64,000 nt of DNA. Origin: Lepidodermella squamata (Eukaryota; Animalia; Gastrotricha). Below the pieces are notes generated by a model. The model made no database searches and was not told the origin of the DNA. It saw only the letters and a program-made list of their open reading frames with translations. The translations under genes and the position numbers were made by a program. This document shows, in pieces, positions 26,396 to 38,069 of the stretch (positions within the stretch are counted from its first letter, which is position 1; each line of letters begins with the position of its first letter). The DNA lies in assembly GCA_047495785.1 (NCBI GenBank), contig JBLDXI010000032.1, positions 3,782,001 through 3,846,000 of the forward strand, in the 5' to 3' direction.

Positions 26396-27264
26396 ATGGA
26401 TTTTTTGAATTTGATGAAAGAGGTGTTTTCCAAGCCTAGACGCCTCGTAATTTTCGACTTCGACCACACTCTTGCCGATGCTTTCACTAATTACCACGTC
26501 ATCGAGACAATAACAAATGGAGAAGATGTACCAGTTGAATATAGCTCGGGAACTTGGTTGGACTATTCAAATGAAATTTTCAAGTATTTGAAATCAAAGT
26601 ATCCAGTTGGCAAGACCGAAATCTGTAACACGCTGAAAACTTTGCCGTTCACTGCCGGAATTTCCCAAGTGATTGAAACGCTCGGGAAGCAGAACGATCA
26701 CGAGTTAATGGTGCTTTCTGATGCCAATGGTTTCTTCATTGATCAAGCTCTTGAAAGCAAGAATTTGCGAAAGTTTTTCAGTCAAATTATCGCGAATCAG
26801 GGATTTTTTGACGAGAGTGGTTGTATGAGGATGACACCAGTTCCAGAACAGGCATCGCGTGCGACCTCAGGCTCATGCTTTTCTAAGCTTTGTTTACGTC
26901 ACATTTGCAAAGGTAATTTGCATCATTATTATATTTACGAGCAGGCATCCCGTTTAAAACGCTGCTTTTGTCTTCTTCAGGATCTGAAGTTCATCATATC
27001 ATCGAAAATTATGGTTTAGGCAACGAACCCGATATTTGGTATGTAGGGGATGGAACAAACGACTACTGTGCCGCTCTTAGTTTGCCCTCTGATCGTCACA
27101 GAATTTTCGCTCGTCGCGGATTTGAACTCGACGATTTGCTCAAGCGCGAAGCTTCGCGGTCTCGACAACAACTGAAATGCAACATCTCGCTGTGGAGCGA
27201 CGGTTTTGAACTCGCCGCTATTATGGCCGAATTGGATCCTAAATTAGCTCTTCCGAAATCGTGA
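26396..27264 (+). CDS. PHOSPHO2: PHOSPHO1/2-family HAD phosphatase, paralog 1 (intron 26913-26980)
   Basis: IFDFDHT, VLSDAN, ICKG|SE, YVGDGTNDYC. Confidence 0.88.
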
Positions 27265-27518
27265 TCTCCCGTTGTCATTATTATTCCGAAAACTGTGCCG
27301 TTAGCTTTAAACTGGGATCTTTGGGTATTTTTGCCTCTGGTGCCGGGTTTCTTTTGTTTTGCAATTCTTTCATGTTAAATCAGAAATCGTGAATTTTATT
27401 ATGCTGATTCATTTTACGCTCGAATCTTCTGCAGCACGCTTTCAACAATACTCATTGTTAGTTGGTATTTAAAATATTTCTTTAATTCTAGTCGATATTA
27501 CAAATATATTCGATTGAT

Positions 27519-28360
27519 ATGGCTGCCAAACGGCTATCAAACATTTGCAAGCGTATGGTTATTTTCGATTTCGATCACACGCTGACTAACATTGACAGCC
27601 ATTCAATATTGTCAGATCTAGCGAAAGAAAATTTGTTCAAGGGAGCCTGGACTGGAGGATCTTGGCTTCTCGTGGTAAATAAGGCATTGAAGGAACTTCA
27701 CGGCAACCATCAAGTCGGGAAGGACGACTATGACACTGCATTGAAGAAATTGCCTCTCATTCCTGGAATCCCTGCACTGATTACGAAACTTGGCAGTCAA
27801 TCAGAAAATCGTCTGATGGTGCTTTCAGATGCTAATAAGTACTTCATTGAAACTGCACTGGAGTCGAATGGTTTACTGAATTATTTCTCTTGCATCTTGT
27901 CAAATCATGCAGAGTTTGACATCAATGGTCATTTGATTCTGAGCCCGGTTCCTGAGATGCAAAAGCGAGCTAGAGCTGGGGTATGTCAAACTCACGAGTG
28001 CCCGGATAATCTTTGCAAAGGTTTGCTCGAGCAATCTTTGAAAGTCTTTAATCTATACCGATGTTATTCTCATCAGGCTCAGAAATCGATAACTTATTGC
28101 AGGAGTATGAGAAAATTGGCGAACCTGAAATTTGGTACGTTGGTGACGGTTGGAATGACTGGTGCGCTGCTATTCAATTACCCTCGACTAAGCACCATGT
28201 TTTTGCTAGAAAAGGCTATCAGTTGCATAAAATGATAACTATGCGAGAAAATACTGATAGTAGCGAGCCTTACTTGAAGTGCAATGCCTCGTTTTGGGAC
28301 GACGGGCACCAGCTGTTAGAGTGCATGGCCAAACTTGACCCTGAATTGAACGAAAACTAG
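27519..28360 (+). CDS. PHOSPHO2: PHOSPHO1/2-family HAD phosphatase, paralog 2 (intron 28021-28076)
   Basis: IFDFDHT, VLSDAN, CPDNLCKG|SE, YVGDGWNDWC. Confidence 0.88.
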
Positions 28361-28435
28361 TTTCCCTTCCCTTTCTTTTGTTATGGCCTTCTAGAGAATA
28401 ATTAGCTTATTTTGACATTTCTAGATTTTTTGAAA

Positions 28436-29203
28436 ATGTCGCTGAAAAGAGTGGTTATATTCGATTTCGACAACACACTGATCGACTGCAATTGCTACTT
28501 TGAAGTCATGCCGATGTTGACAAATGGTGATATTGAAGAAACCCTGCCACGTGGCAACAAATCGTGGCTTGATCACACCAACGTCCTGTTCGAAAGACTT
28601 CATTCGAAATATAAAGTCAAAGAGGCAGATTTCAGTCGTGCCGTTCTACAACTACCGTTTGTCGAAGGCATGCCCGACTTGATACGACGTCTGGGTCAAG
28701 TGCCAGATCAACATTTGATAATAATGTCCGATGCCAATACACTTTTCATAGATACTCTACTGAGTGCTCATGATCTTCGCAAGTATTTCCGCGCTATTAT
28801 CACGAATCATGCAGAATTCGATGAAAATGGCCGTTTGAAGTTGCGACCAGGCCACGAACAGTCAACTCGTGCCAAAGCCGGGACCTGCCCGACTCGCAAA
28901 TGTTCTGATAACCTGTGCAAAGGCTCTGAAATTCAACACATAATCGATAATTTGAAGGCGGAGCTGGGTGCCGATGTTGACGTTTGGTTTGTTGGCGATG
29001 GTTGGAACGATTACTGTGCTGCGGTTCAATTACCCTCGAAGCGGCATTTTGTCTTCGCCCGATCAGGTTACGCTCTTGAAACTATGCTTCAAAAGCGGTC
29101 GAAGAGTTCGTCAATAATCCGCTGCAGTACCTCGTTTTGGAAAGATGGTCACGAGTTGGCAGAGAGAATGGCTAAAATTGATGAATCTTGTTTGCCTAAC
29201 TAG
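28436..29203 (+). CDS. PHOSPHO2: PHOSPHO1/2-family HAD phosphatase, paralog 3 (no intron)
   Basis: IFDFDNT, IMSDAN, NLCKGSE contiguous, FVGDGWNDYC. Confidence 0.9.
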   Translation: MSLKRVVIFDFDNTLIDCNCYFEVMPMLTNGDIEETLPRGNKSWLDHTNVLFERLHSKYKVKEADFSRAVLQLPFVEGMPDLIRRLGQVPDQHLIIMSDANTLFIDTLLSAHDLRKYFRAIITNHAEFDENGRLKLRPGHEQSTRAKAGTCPTRKCSDNLCKGSEIQHIIDNLKAELGADVDVWFVGDGWNDYCAAVQLPSKRHFVFARSGYALETMLQKRSKSSSIIRCSTSFWKDGHELAERMAKIDESCLPN

Positions 29204-29383
29204 ACTTTCAATCCTGTGCTAGTTATATTTGTATTGTTATTCTAGCCGCTTCCTCAAAAATGGATGCGATCTCACTCAAGACTTCCTAAGATATTTTATT
29301 TATTGTTTTGAATGCACCGGTGCTGTAGTTGTAATAAATTTGTCTGAATTTATTAAACCTTCTTTTCTAGAATATTAGAAGCT

Positions 29384-30220
29384 ATGAGTTCAGAAAATTT
29401 CTGCAAGCGCCTTGTGATATTCGATTTTGATTACACGCTGATTGATGCCGATAGTGACTCAATTTTTCCTATGCTTGGCGGCCGAAGCCCTCGGAAGGAT
29501 TACAAGGGACTATGGATTCACCAATTGAACGAACTGTTGGACGAACTTCATAAGAAACACTCCGTGAAACAAGAAGATTTGCGTAAGGCCCTTGGATCAC
29601 TGCCATTCATCGCCGGTATCCCGGAGTTGATTCGGAAACTGGGTTCATTGCCAGATCACAAGTTGATGATCCTGTCAGATGCGAATAAATTTTTCATCGA
29701 AACATCGTTAGAAGCAAAGGGTTTGCAGAAATACTTCGCTTCAATTGTGACTAATCACGCGGAATTCGACGAGCATGGACATTTGAAGCTAAGCACTGTT
29801 GATATTTTATCGGAAAGAGCCACAGCTGGAACATGCCCTTCTAAACGATGCAATACCAATCTATGCAAAGGTTAATTTTGGCTTGAATTAATCACATAGA
29901 ACCAACATTTCTTTCGAATTTCAGGTTCTGAGATTGCAAATTGGATGCAGGAATTTGAAAGTTTTGGCGAGCCCGAGGTTTGGTATGTCGGTGATGGTTG
30001 GAACGATTGGTGTGCCGCGGTGCAGCTTCCTTCGAAGAAACACCACGTTTTCGCTCGAAGTGGCTTTACGCTTCATTCTGTTATCGAAAAGCACATGAAT
30101 ATGCCTGAGTTTTCGGGCGATGAACCCACGATGAAATGCAATGCATCGTTCTGGGCGGATGGTCAAGATTTGATCGAATGCATGGCTAAGCTCGACCCTG
30201 GTATGTTCCTCAAAGTATGA
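29384..30220 (+). CDS. PHOSPHO2: PHOSPHO1/2-family HAD phosphatase, paralog 4 (intron 29871-29924)
   Basis: IFDFDYTLIDADSD, ILSDAN, NLCKG|SE, YVGDGWNDWC. Confidence 0.9.
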
Positions 30221-30249
30221 AGTGCTGCTAAGCTTCTGCCAAACTCTAG

Positions 30250-31600
30250 CTGCCTCTTAGTTGAAAGCTTAGAAGTACTCTGTAACTATTTTATACTGTT
30301 GTTGCTTTTTAGATCACATTTTTTTTATCGATCTTACCCATTGTCCGGTCCGCCATCCGCCTGTCTCTGTGCATGACGGGTAATTTGTTATTTTTTATTG
30401 AATTGTCCTTGCTTACGGTTTCTGTTTCATTAGATTAGACATTTGGGCAAGACTTATCGCCGCTCGTTTTCGCCATTTTGTCACAAACTTGGTCTTATTC
30501 AAGCGGCTTGTATCAGTCGTCAAGGGGCTTCTTTTGTTATTCTTCTGTTACTCAACCCGTCAATTCGTACAATTCGTGCTCGAAGTGGCCGCTCACTTCA
30601 GGTGAATCGAACTCACACGACGCCATCTTCAATCGTTTTTGGTGTCAAATCGGCTAGTCCAGCTTGAAATTGACTGGGGCTGTAGGGCGAAACGGTAAAA
30701 TTTTGGAAGCATATCGGTTCTCATGCTCTAATACCCTGCAACACGAGATTCGCCAGTGCGTCAAATACCTGTCTCAGGCGCAGTCGTCTTGCCAGTATGC
30801 GTTTCTGGTCCGCAAAACGCTACGGATGTGTTGTTTCATGTTTCTGCACATCTTAATCTGCTTGGTCGTATTGAAATCCTTCAGTTGAATTTGTCCATTG
30901 ATCAGTTGCTGGGAATAATATCTGGTTCTTCTTCACCTCGTCAACATGTTTCGAAGGTGTTTGATCATATAAAGCCGGATGTGGAGCTGCTCCAACAGGC
31001 GAGAGGTTATTCTTGTATAAATATGTTCTCCGCTTTTATGATTCTGATTCTGAGCCAACCCTGGCTACTTGAACTTCCGATATTGCGATGCAGTGCTAGG
31101 CTCCGCCTCAAAAATGCCCTTGACATTCTGGGAAAAGCTCAACGAGCTGGAAGCCCTGCTGTATCAGCAATGGAAGCAGTATCAGTACCCCGTTGACCCA
31201 CTTGTCCTGGACCTTCAATTTTCGCTCCACGGGCGAAGAAACGTCCACGTTACCAGACTCATGTGGCGGATCCTGCACGGCAAAGCTCCCGATCTGCTGC
31301 CTAAGCACAAAGGAAAAGTGATGTAGATGCTGAAAGAAGTGTTGGTAAGTGTTGGTTCATACATGACATCTCGTGTCTTGATTCATTTTCGTGGCATTTT
31401 CGTACTTCCCATGGAGAACAGAATGGTGAGAGTAGAAACTTTCGCTAATTTCCCGTAGCAAAACGTTTACGCAAAAAAGGTTTACACAATCAAATTCAAC
31501 CTCAAATAGTTTGCAACTGAAAGCAATGAAAAACACCGGTAAACAAGCAACATGCGGTAATATTTTCTTTGCGATTAGTCATCTCGTATATTTCACTACG
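30250..31600 (+). mobile_element. Degenerate L2-like LINE 3' region (dispersed repeat family A, copy 1)
   Basis: ...LGKAQRAG...YPVDPLVLDLQFSLHGRRNVHVTRLMWRILHGKAPDLL. Clear similarity to 35620-37990, 42520-43140, 55120-55990 and 58985-60250. Confidence 0.65.
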
Positions 31601-31728
31601 AATAAGTAAAATGCGCGTTGTCTATAGAAGTTATATAGAAGGTGGTACATATATTTGTATGTATTATTATTTTGAACTCCTCCTCGGCAACACCTGTTAT
31701 TGTGAAAAAAATTTCATAACAATGAAAT

Positions 31729-32375
31729 TCAGGATTTTATCTTACGCCTGATATAAACTTTGTTGAAAATTACTGCTCCAAAATATTTGATTTGATTGTG
31801 CAAATGACGCGCGAGCCGAACTCGTACAAACAACGGCAAGACTCGGTGATAATTTGGCGCAGCATTTTTTGGTGACTGGGTAGTTGGCGATGTTGACTTG
31901 CAAGCCAGTTTGAACATGAGTTTTCGAATCAACATGTTTTTAGCTCGTTGATTCGAATTGTCCAGTGCCATTCTGACAGCTCGGCCATCCCGGGTTGGGG
32001 TGGATTTCAAGGCCTTTGAAACGCTAACTTCATCGCACGACAAAATGGCGAGGCATTTCTTGCTATTGAAGTCGCCATTCGTCTCTGCTTCTTCCTTGAG
32101 CAGCTTGTAAGCAACATCGGACTGCCCGCCCAAATACTCCCCAATCGGGTATAAAAAGCTGTAGATAACGCTCGGACGGCAAAATCAACATTTTCGCCGC
32201 GTACAAATAGTAGTAAGCCGAGGGACTTCGTGAATGAAGCGCCATCGCGTAGGCAACAAATTCGCCACTAAAACTGAAGTGCTTAGGATCTTTACCGCGA
32301 AGTTCTTGCCAGTCAGCGTCGGTGATAAATTCGCTCGGCTTGGGGTGAATGACAAGTTCCGGCTTTTCAGGTGCT
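31729..32375 (-). pseudogene. P-element/THAP9-like transposase fragment
   Basis: EFVAYAMALHSRSPSAYYYLYAAKMLILPSERYLQ, then (frameshift) KKCLAILSCDEVSVSKAL. Resembles the P-transposase FALTL..SPKAY..LPS and LxFDEMxI motifs. Confidence 0.6.
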
Positions 32376-32391
32376 TTTCTTGAGACTAATA

Positions 32392-32434
32392 CACTAGAAA
32401 CACCGAATTCAACTGAATTTCGGTGTTTCTAGTG
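32392..32434. mobile_element. 43-bp palindromic mini-MITE with TA TSD
   Basis: TA|CACTAGAAACACCGAATTC-AACT-GAATTTCGGTGTTTCTAGTG|TA. Confidence 0.65.
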
Positions 32435-32436
32435 TA

Positions 32437-32657
32437 CAGGGACCGGCAGAAGTTATTCTACAGACGCATTACTTATGATCATTATTGTCATCGTTAGGAG
32501 TCATGTGACCGTCAATTTCTTCAACTTCTTCAACCCCATACGCGAAATTTCGGCACGAAATTGAAGAAGTTGAAGAAATTGACGGTCACATGACTCCTAA
32601 CGATGACAATAATGATAATAAGTAATGCGTCTGTAGAATAACTTCTGCCGGTCCCTG
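32437..32657. mobile_element. Mariner-like MITE, ~97-bp near-perfect TIRs, TA TSD
   Basis: TA|CAGGGACCGGCAGAAGTTATTC...CTTCTTCAA and its reverse complement ending ...GCCGGTCCCTG|TA; one mismatch seen. Confidence 0.9.
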
Positions 32658-32684
32658 TATTAGTCTCAAGCACTTATTCCCTAG

Positions 32685-33950
32685 TGTAACTCAACCTTTT
32701 TTGTTTGTTACTGTATTTTATATTGTATTTGTTGTATTTTATCTTCAGGGCCTTCGTTTGGAAATAAAGACCAATTCAGGCGTTCACTGTTACATTGGTG
32801 CATCGACCGGGAAAACTAATGAAAACTGGCCAGCGACAGTCATCTTCTACTACGCTACTACAAACTACGCTCTACTGCTACTGCGGCTACTGGCACTTGC
32901 CGACGGCGCCTCGCTTGAAAGGTTTCAGGTCGATGAGCTCTCCATCTTCGCCGTCATGCTAGCCGATCTCGACCACACCATTCGGGAACGACGCCGCTAG
33001 GAAGGGCGCCATCGTGAACACCTGCACGGCCTGATCACTACCGCCCCGTCGGCGGGCGCTTACCGTCCAAGCTTCTTCTGCTCAAGCGCGCTTCGATCCC
33101 ACCGCCGCGCGTCCGTTTCGCGTCGTCAAGCGCTTCGGTGATACAGGCCGGCGCCACATGCATCAGGCGAACTCCGACACAACCGACCTCGCTGTCGAAA
33201 CGTTAATTACCCTTCTTCGGCGTCCCACGACTGGGGCCGATCCAGACTCGGATCTGCCGTTCCGGTGCATGGCCGCTTTGTTGCTGCTAATCTATGTGAT
33301 GAAATTAAACGCGAAATGTAAAGCGGCTCTAGGAGAGATTGCACGTCCGTTCAACGTTTAACATCTGTAGCCAAAAAAAACTAAATTTACTTATTCCTCC
33401 GCCTGCCGACAATATGAGGCGGGAAATCATGATGGACAGGCTAAATCGCTTCTTGATGGACTGCTAGATTGCGAAAGCAGCCAATGCCGTATATGCGCTT
33501 GTTCGCGCGACACAGCTCAACAAGCATGTATCGGTTGACAGTTACTCGTTACTCTTGGAGCAGGCACGGTCAGTGTTGCACGGGCGTCATTGCGTCATCG
33601 ACGAGTGAATCAGTGAGTGTACCAGCTTCAATTGGCTCAAAACCAAGCCGGCTCTGCTACTGCGGCTTCATCTGCGTCGGCGACGAAGCAGAGAGCTAGT
33701 GCTACTTCGCTACTTCGCCGCGGTTGGTACTGTTGCCGGTGAACGGCAAAAAACTACTTGGACGGGGTTTCGGCCTGGACTCCTCTTAATGTAGAATATG
33801 GAGCCGCCCGACAGCAACCTATACACCAATGTTACTGTCGCACCGTATTTGTTCTGTTTCGTGCTGGTCGACATGGGCGCAGTTTTATCTGTCGTCGCCA
33901 GTGAATCGGTCGACTATTTAGGCCTTTCGTTGTCGACAATTTGTTATCAA
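32685..33950 (+). mobile_element. Degenerate Gypsy 5' end: short LTR (32685-32794), tRNA-Gly PBS (32796-32813), gag/protease remnants
   Basis: TGTAAC...AATAAA...GTTACA, then TGGTGCATCGACCGGGAA (complement of a tRNA-Gly(GCC) 3' end). Degenerate VLVDMGAVLSV at ~33860. Confidence 0.72.
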
Positions 33951-34416
33951 TCGCTCTGTGACTAGTCTTCGTCGCCTTCTTTCACTCTTTATTCAATTTT
34001 TCGATCGGTTGATATTTGCTTCATGCGACTTCTGAGACTTCACTTGGATTTCGATCTGTTTGCGCCCCGCAAAAAAACAGCGAAGTGTGTAACATGTTCC
34101 ATGGATGACAGGTGAATTGCGCCGTCAGAGAAACCAACGATGCAAGGTCTATGAGAACCTTAAGAGTACTGGACTGATGCCGACGGAAAGCTCAGAATAC
34201 TGTTCGACTAGGGCGGCATATCAAACAGCATAGAGAAATCAGAAAGAAAGATTTGATGATCCAATCATATCCGATCGCTCTTGAGGTTCTTTTTACTCTA
34301 ACGTAAATCTCTTTCAGCCATTTCCCCTTAGTTTCACTTATTATCATGATGATAATGATGCTCACAAAACCAATGATTTACGTATCATTACGAAATGTGA
34401 AGCTTGTGACACATCT

Positions 34417-35044
34417 TTGAAACGATTGCAATCTCTTCAGGACAAAGCAGTGAGAATAATTATGAATGCTTCTGATTCCGCTGACGCCTCTCCTCTTCGT
34501 GACGAATTAGAATGGCTCGACCTACAAGGCAAGCGTAATGTACACATTGCTACTCTCATTACCGTTGTGTTGTCGGCGACGCGCCTGTGTCCATCAAATC
34601 TATTTTTGTACTGAAGCCTCCGTCTCGCACTCGTTACTCCCAGCTCTCATTCAAAATACCGCGTATGCGTCTGGACTACGGTCAGGCCTCTCTTAGCTTC
34701 ACCGGTCCTAGTCTGTTCAACACTCTACCTTTATATTTTCACTGCCCTCATCATCGCCCAATCGACATTATGAACTACACTAACCTACCGCCAAGATGTG
34801 ATTGTGGTTTCAAAATATGTTACGATGCCTTTTCTTGCCGTCAACTTGTTTATAAATATTTTTTATCTAAACCTAATCTGAAAAAATTATAATTGTTGAA
34901 TCTTTGTTGGATATACTGATGCTGAAACGGACTGAATTGACAAGATAATTTGCTACTAATTTTTACTTCAAGCAAACTTTCTTTTCTATGAGCTCTCAAC
35001 TTTGGGATTTGTGCTCTTAAATAAATAAATAAATAAATAAAATC
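34417..35044 (+). mobile_element. L2-like LINE 3' end with (TAAA)n tail
   Basis: KRLQSLQDKAVRII...LEWLDLQGKRNVH...GQASLSFTGPSLFNTLP; (taaa)n at ~35018-35044. Confidence 0.72.
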
Positions 35045-35199
35045 ATTTTCTTTGGAGCATATAACAAAAACTCCTACAACAATAAGACGCGCTATAAGTT
35101 TGTGAATGATTGCTTTCCAGCTGCTATCTGTGACTTTTACAACAGAGCGCGTTCATTGGAATCTTCGTGAAAACAATCTGACTCCGCCAAACCAACTCG

Positions 35200-35600
35200 T
35201 GTTTAGTCGCAAAGATCTTTCTAGTAATGTTATGTGAATGATTGGATACTTGCTTTTGACGATGCCGAGACTGTTGATTTAATGTAGTTTGATTTGTCAA
35301 AGGCCAAAGGCTTTCGACACGGTTCCGCATGATATCCTTCTTCAAAAATGTTAGAAATAGACGTCTGCGGCGAACTTTATGGTTGGTTCATGACGACTGA
35401 CTGGTCTAGTTTCCTTGAGGCAGTGAGCAATGTGCGTTCTGATTGAGCAGACGCTCCTTCTGGTTTTCCGCTGGATTCTGTCATGGGACTAATCATGTTT
35501 CTTATTTATACTCTGAACCTAGATGATGTGATTTTGAATTATATCGCGAAATGCTTCGCAGATGATACCAAGTTATACAAAAAATTCTATCAGATGATGA
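35200..35600 (+). pseudogene. Degenerate CR1-type RT fragment
   Basis: DLSKA/KAFDTVPHDILL ... GFPLDSVMGLIMFLIY...KCFADDTKLY. Confidence 0.65.
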
Positions 35601-35820
35601 CCTCTTAGTTCCTTAGTTCGTTGCCTCTTAGTTGAAAGCTTAGATGTGGCGCTCTGTAACTATTTTTTACTTTTTTTTGTTTTTTAGAACAAATTTTACT
35701 TTTCGATTTTACCCATTGCCCGGTCCGCCATCCGCCTGTCTCTGTGCATGACGGGTAATTTGTTATTTTTTATTGAATTGCCCTTGCTTAAGCTTTCTGT
35801 TTCATTAGATTAGACGTTTG

Positions 35821-36979
35821 AGGTTTCGAAAACAATAGGGTTTTTCTGCGGCTGCTCGTTGGGCGAGCGCACAACCTCCAAACCCAGAGGACGGGTCGCT
35901 GATGTTAGTTGGTCTCTATCCGTCGGCCTCTCCGCATCGGTTGAACCATCGGCATAGCCCTTCGGGTCGTCGAGACGAAGCCCCCAAACCGCGGCAAGGT
36001 ATCAGCATCAATTTTACTGATGGAGGCTGGAGTGGAGAGCGAGAGTTTTTCAGTCAATTCCGGTGTCAGGCAGGGCTGCATCCTGTCACCGATCTTGTTT
36101 TGCGTCGCGATTGATTTCGTGATGCGTGCGGTCACCAAAGATCAGCATGACGGGATCAGGTGGATGATGTTTACGCAGCTCCATGACCTAGACTTCGCCG
36201 ACGATCTGGCTTTGCTGGCAACCCGCGCCCAACATCTGCAGGCGAAGACGACGAGGCTGCAAAAAATCGCGGCAACGATCGGTCTCGAAATCAACATCGC
36301 TGAGACTAAGGTCATGCGCATCGTGACAACCGACAAGAAGCCGATCAGCATCAACAATCAGGTGCTTGAAGACGTTGAAGCGTTTCCGTACCTTGGCAGT
36401 GTCATCAGCCTTGACGGAGCTCATGCGGATATCGCCTCTCGTCTGAAAAAAGCCGGGCACGTCTTTACCTCGCTGAAAGCGGTCTGGCGATCGAAACAGC
36501 TGAGCAAGGCGACCAAGGTGCGAATCTACAATTCCACTGTCAAAGCCGTCTTGTTATATGGCTCGGAGTGCTGGCGGGAGTTGGGGGTTGACGTAAGGAG
36601 GCTTGATGCCTTCCACAACAGATGCCTCCGACGAATCCAAGGCATCTTCTGGCCGAGGATCGTTTCGAATGCGGAGCTCCACCGCATTTGCAAATGTCGC
36701 CCTTTATCGGACGAGATCAGACTCCGTCGACTTCGCTGGCTGGGGCATGTGCTGCGAATGGATGCCAGGCGCACTCCCCGAGTTGCCCTTCGGTGGACGC
36801 CACAGGGCAGCCGGGCGGTGGGGCGGCCAAAAACTACATGGCGGGCCACCATTGAAAATGACCTGCGCAGCATGGGGCTGAGCTGGGGATCGGCTCATGT
36901 CTTGGCCAGGGACCGGGACCAGTGGAGGAGAGCATGCGAGGAGGCAGTGCGCCCCGCTAGGGGACTATACTGATACTAC
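35821..36979 (+). mobile_element. RTE-clade LINE, internally deleted, with 15-bp TSD, inserted in repeat family A
   Basis: TSD TAGATTAGACGTTTG at 35806-35820 and 36980-36994. ORF 36020-36973 has SGVRQGCILSPILF, DLDFADDLALL, VLLYGSECW, RLRWLGHVLRM, GRPKTTW. Empty-site paralog at ~30430. Confidence 0.9.
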
Positions 36980-38069
36980 TAGATTAGACGTTTGGGCAAG
37001 ACTCTTCGCCGCTCGTTTTCGCCATTTTGTCACAAACTGGGTCATATTCAAGCGGCTTGTATCAGTCGTCAAAGGGCTGGGATTCTTCTGTTACTCTTCT
37101 GTTACTCAACCCGTCGATTCGTACAATTCGTGCTCAGAGTGGCCGAGTGGCAAAAACTGCCCATGGCATGCTGGATAAAGCTCAACGAGCTGAAATCCGA
37201 GCCATGCTGCTGAAGTATCAGTTCCCCGTTGACCCTCTACTCGGGACCTTCAGTGGCTTTCGCTCCACGGACGAAGAAACTTCCACGTTATCAAACTCAT
37301 TCGCGAAATTCGGAATGGCGAAGTGCCAACTTGCTGATAGAAGTTTTCTCGAGGGACACTAGGAACTACACCCGAACGCGTTCAATGGCACTGACTGCCT
37401 TCCAGTGGAACGTAAACACCACTGGTCAACGCACGTTCTTCCATCGCCACATTAAAGCCTGGAACGACACTCGCAGGATTGTGCGCAAACTTGGGTCCGC
37501 TCTTCAAGCCGCCTATCTAGTCAAGAAGCAACTGGAGCCTAGTCCTGACCTAAGCAGATAAGAAAAATAATGCAGATGCTGATTAGGTAAGTGTTAGTTT
37601 ATACATGGCATTTCGTATCGTGATTCATTTTCGTGGCATTTTCGTACATAATCCTATAAAGAATAGAATGTTAAGGGTGGAAACTCTCGCTAATTTTGCT
37701 AAATTAATTTTGCGAGAAGTTGATACAATTCCTGCTAGAATAGTTTTGCAACTGAAAGCAAGCAAAAAGTGCCCATATTTCGCTTGCGATTAGCCATCTC
37801 GGATTTTTTACTATGAATAAATACCATGAGCGATGTGTGATGGAAGTCGAGTTGATTGACACATTTCCCACTTTTTATAAGCAACGTGGATTTCCAATCG
37901 CTCTCGCCTTTGACAAGTCGGAAATTCGCTATTTTCCCGTTTTTAAGAACCGTAAAATTAAACCTGTAAAATTCTCTGATCATTAACACCAGTGCCATCT
38001 TCAACGGCAGGCAGAGACCATTGTCATACCTTGCTCGGAAACTGATGTTTAATCAACATTTTATGACCA

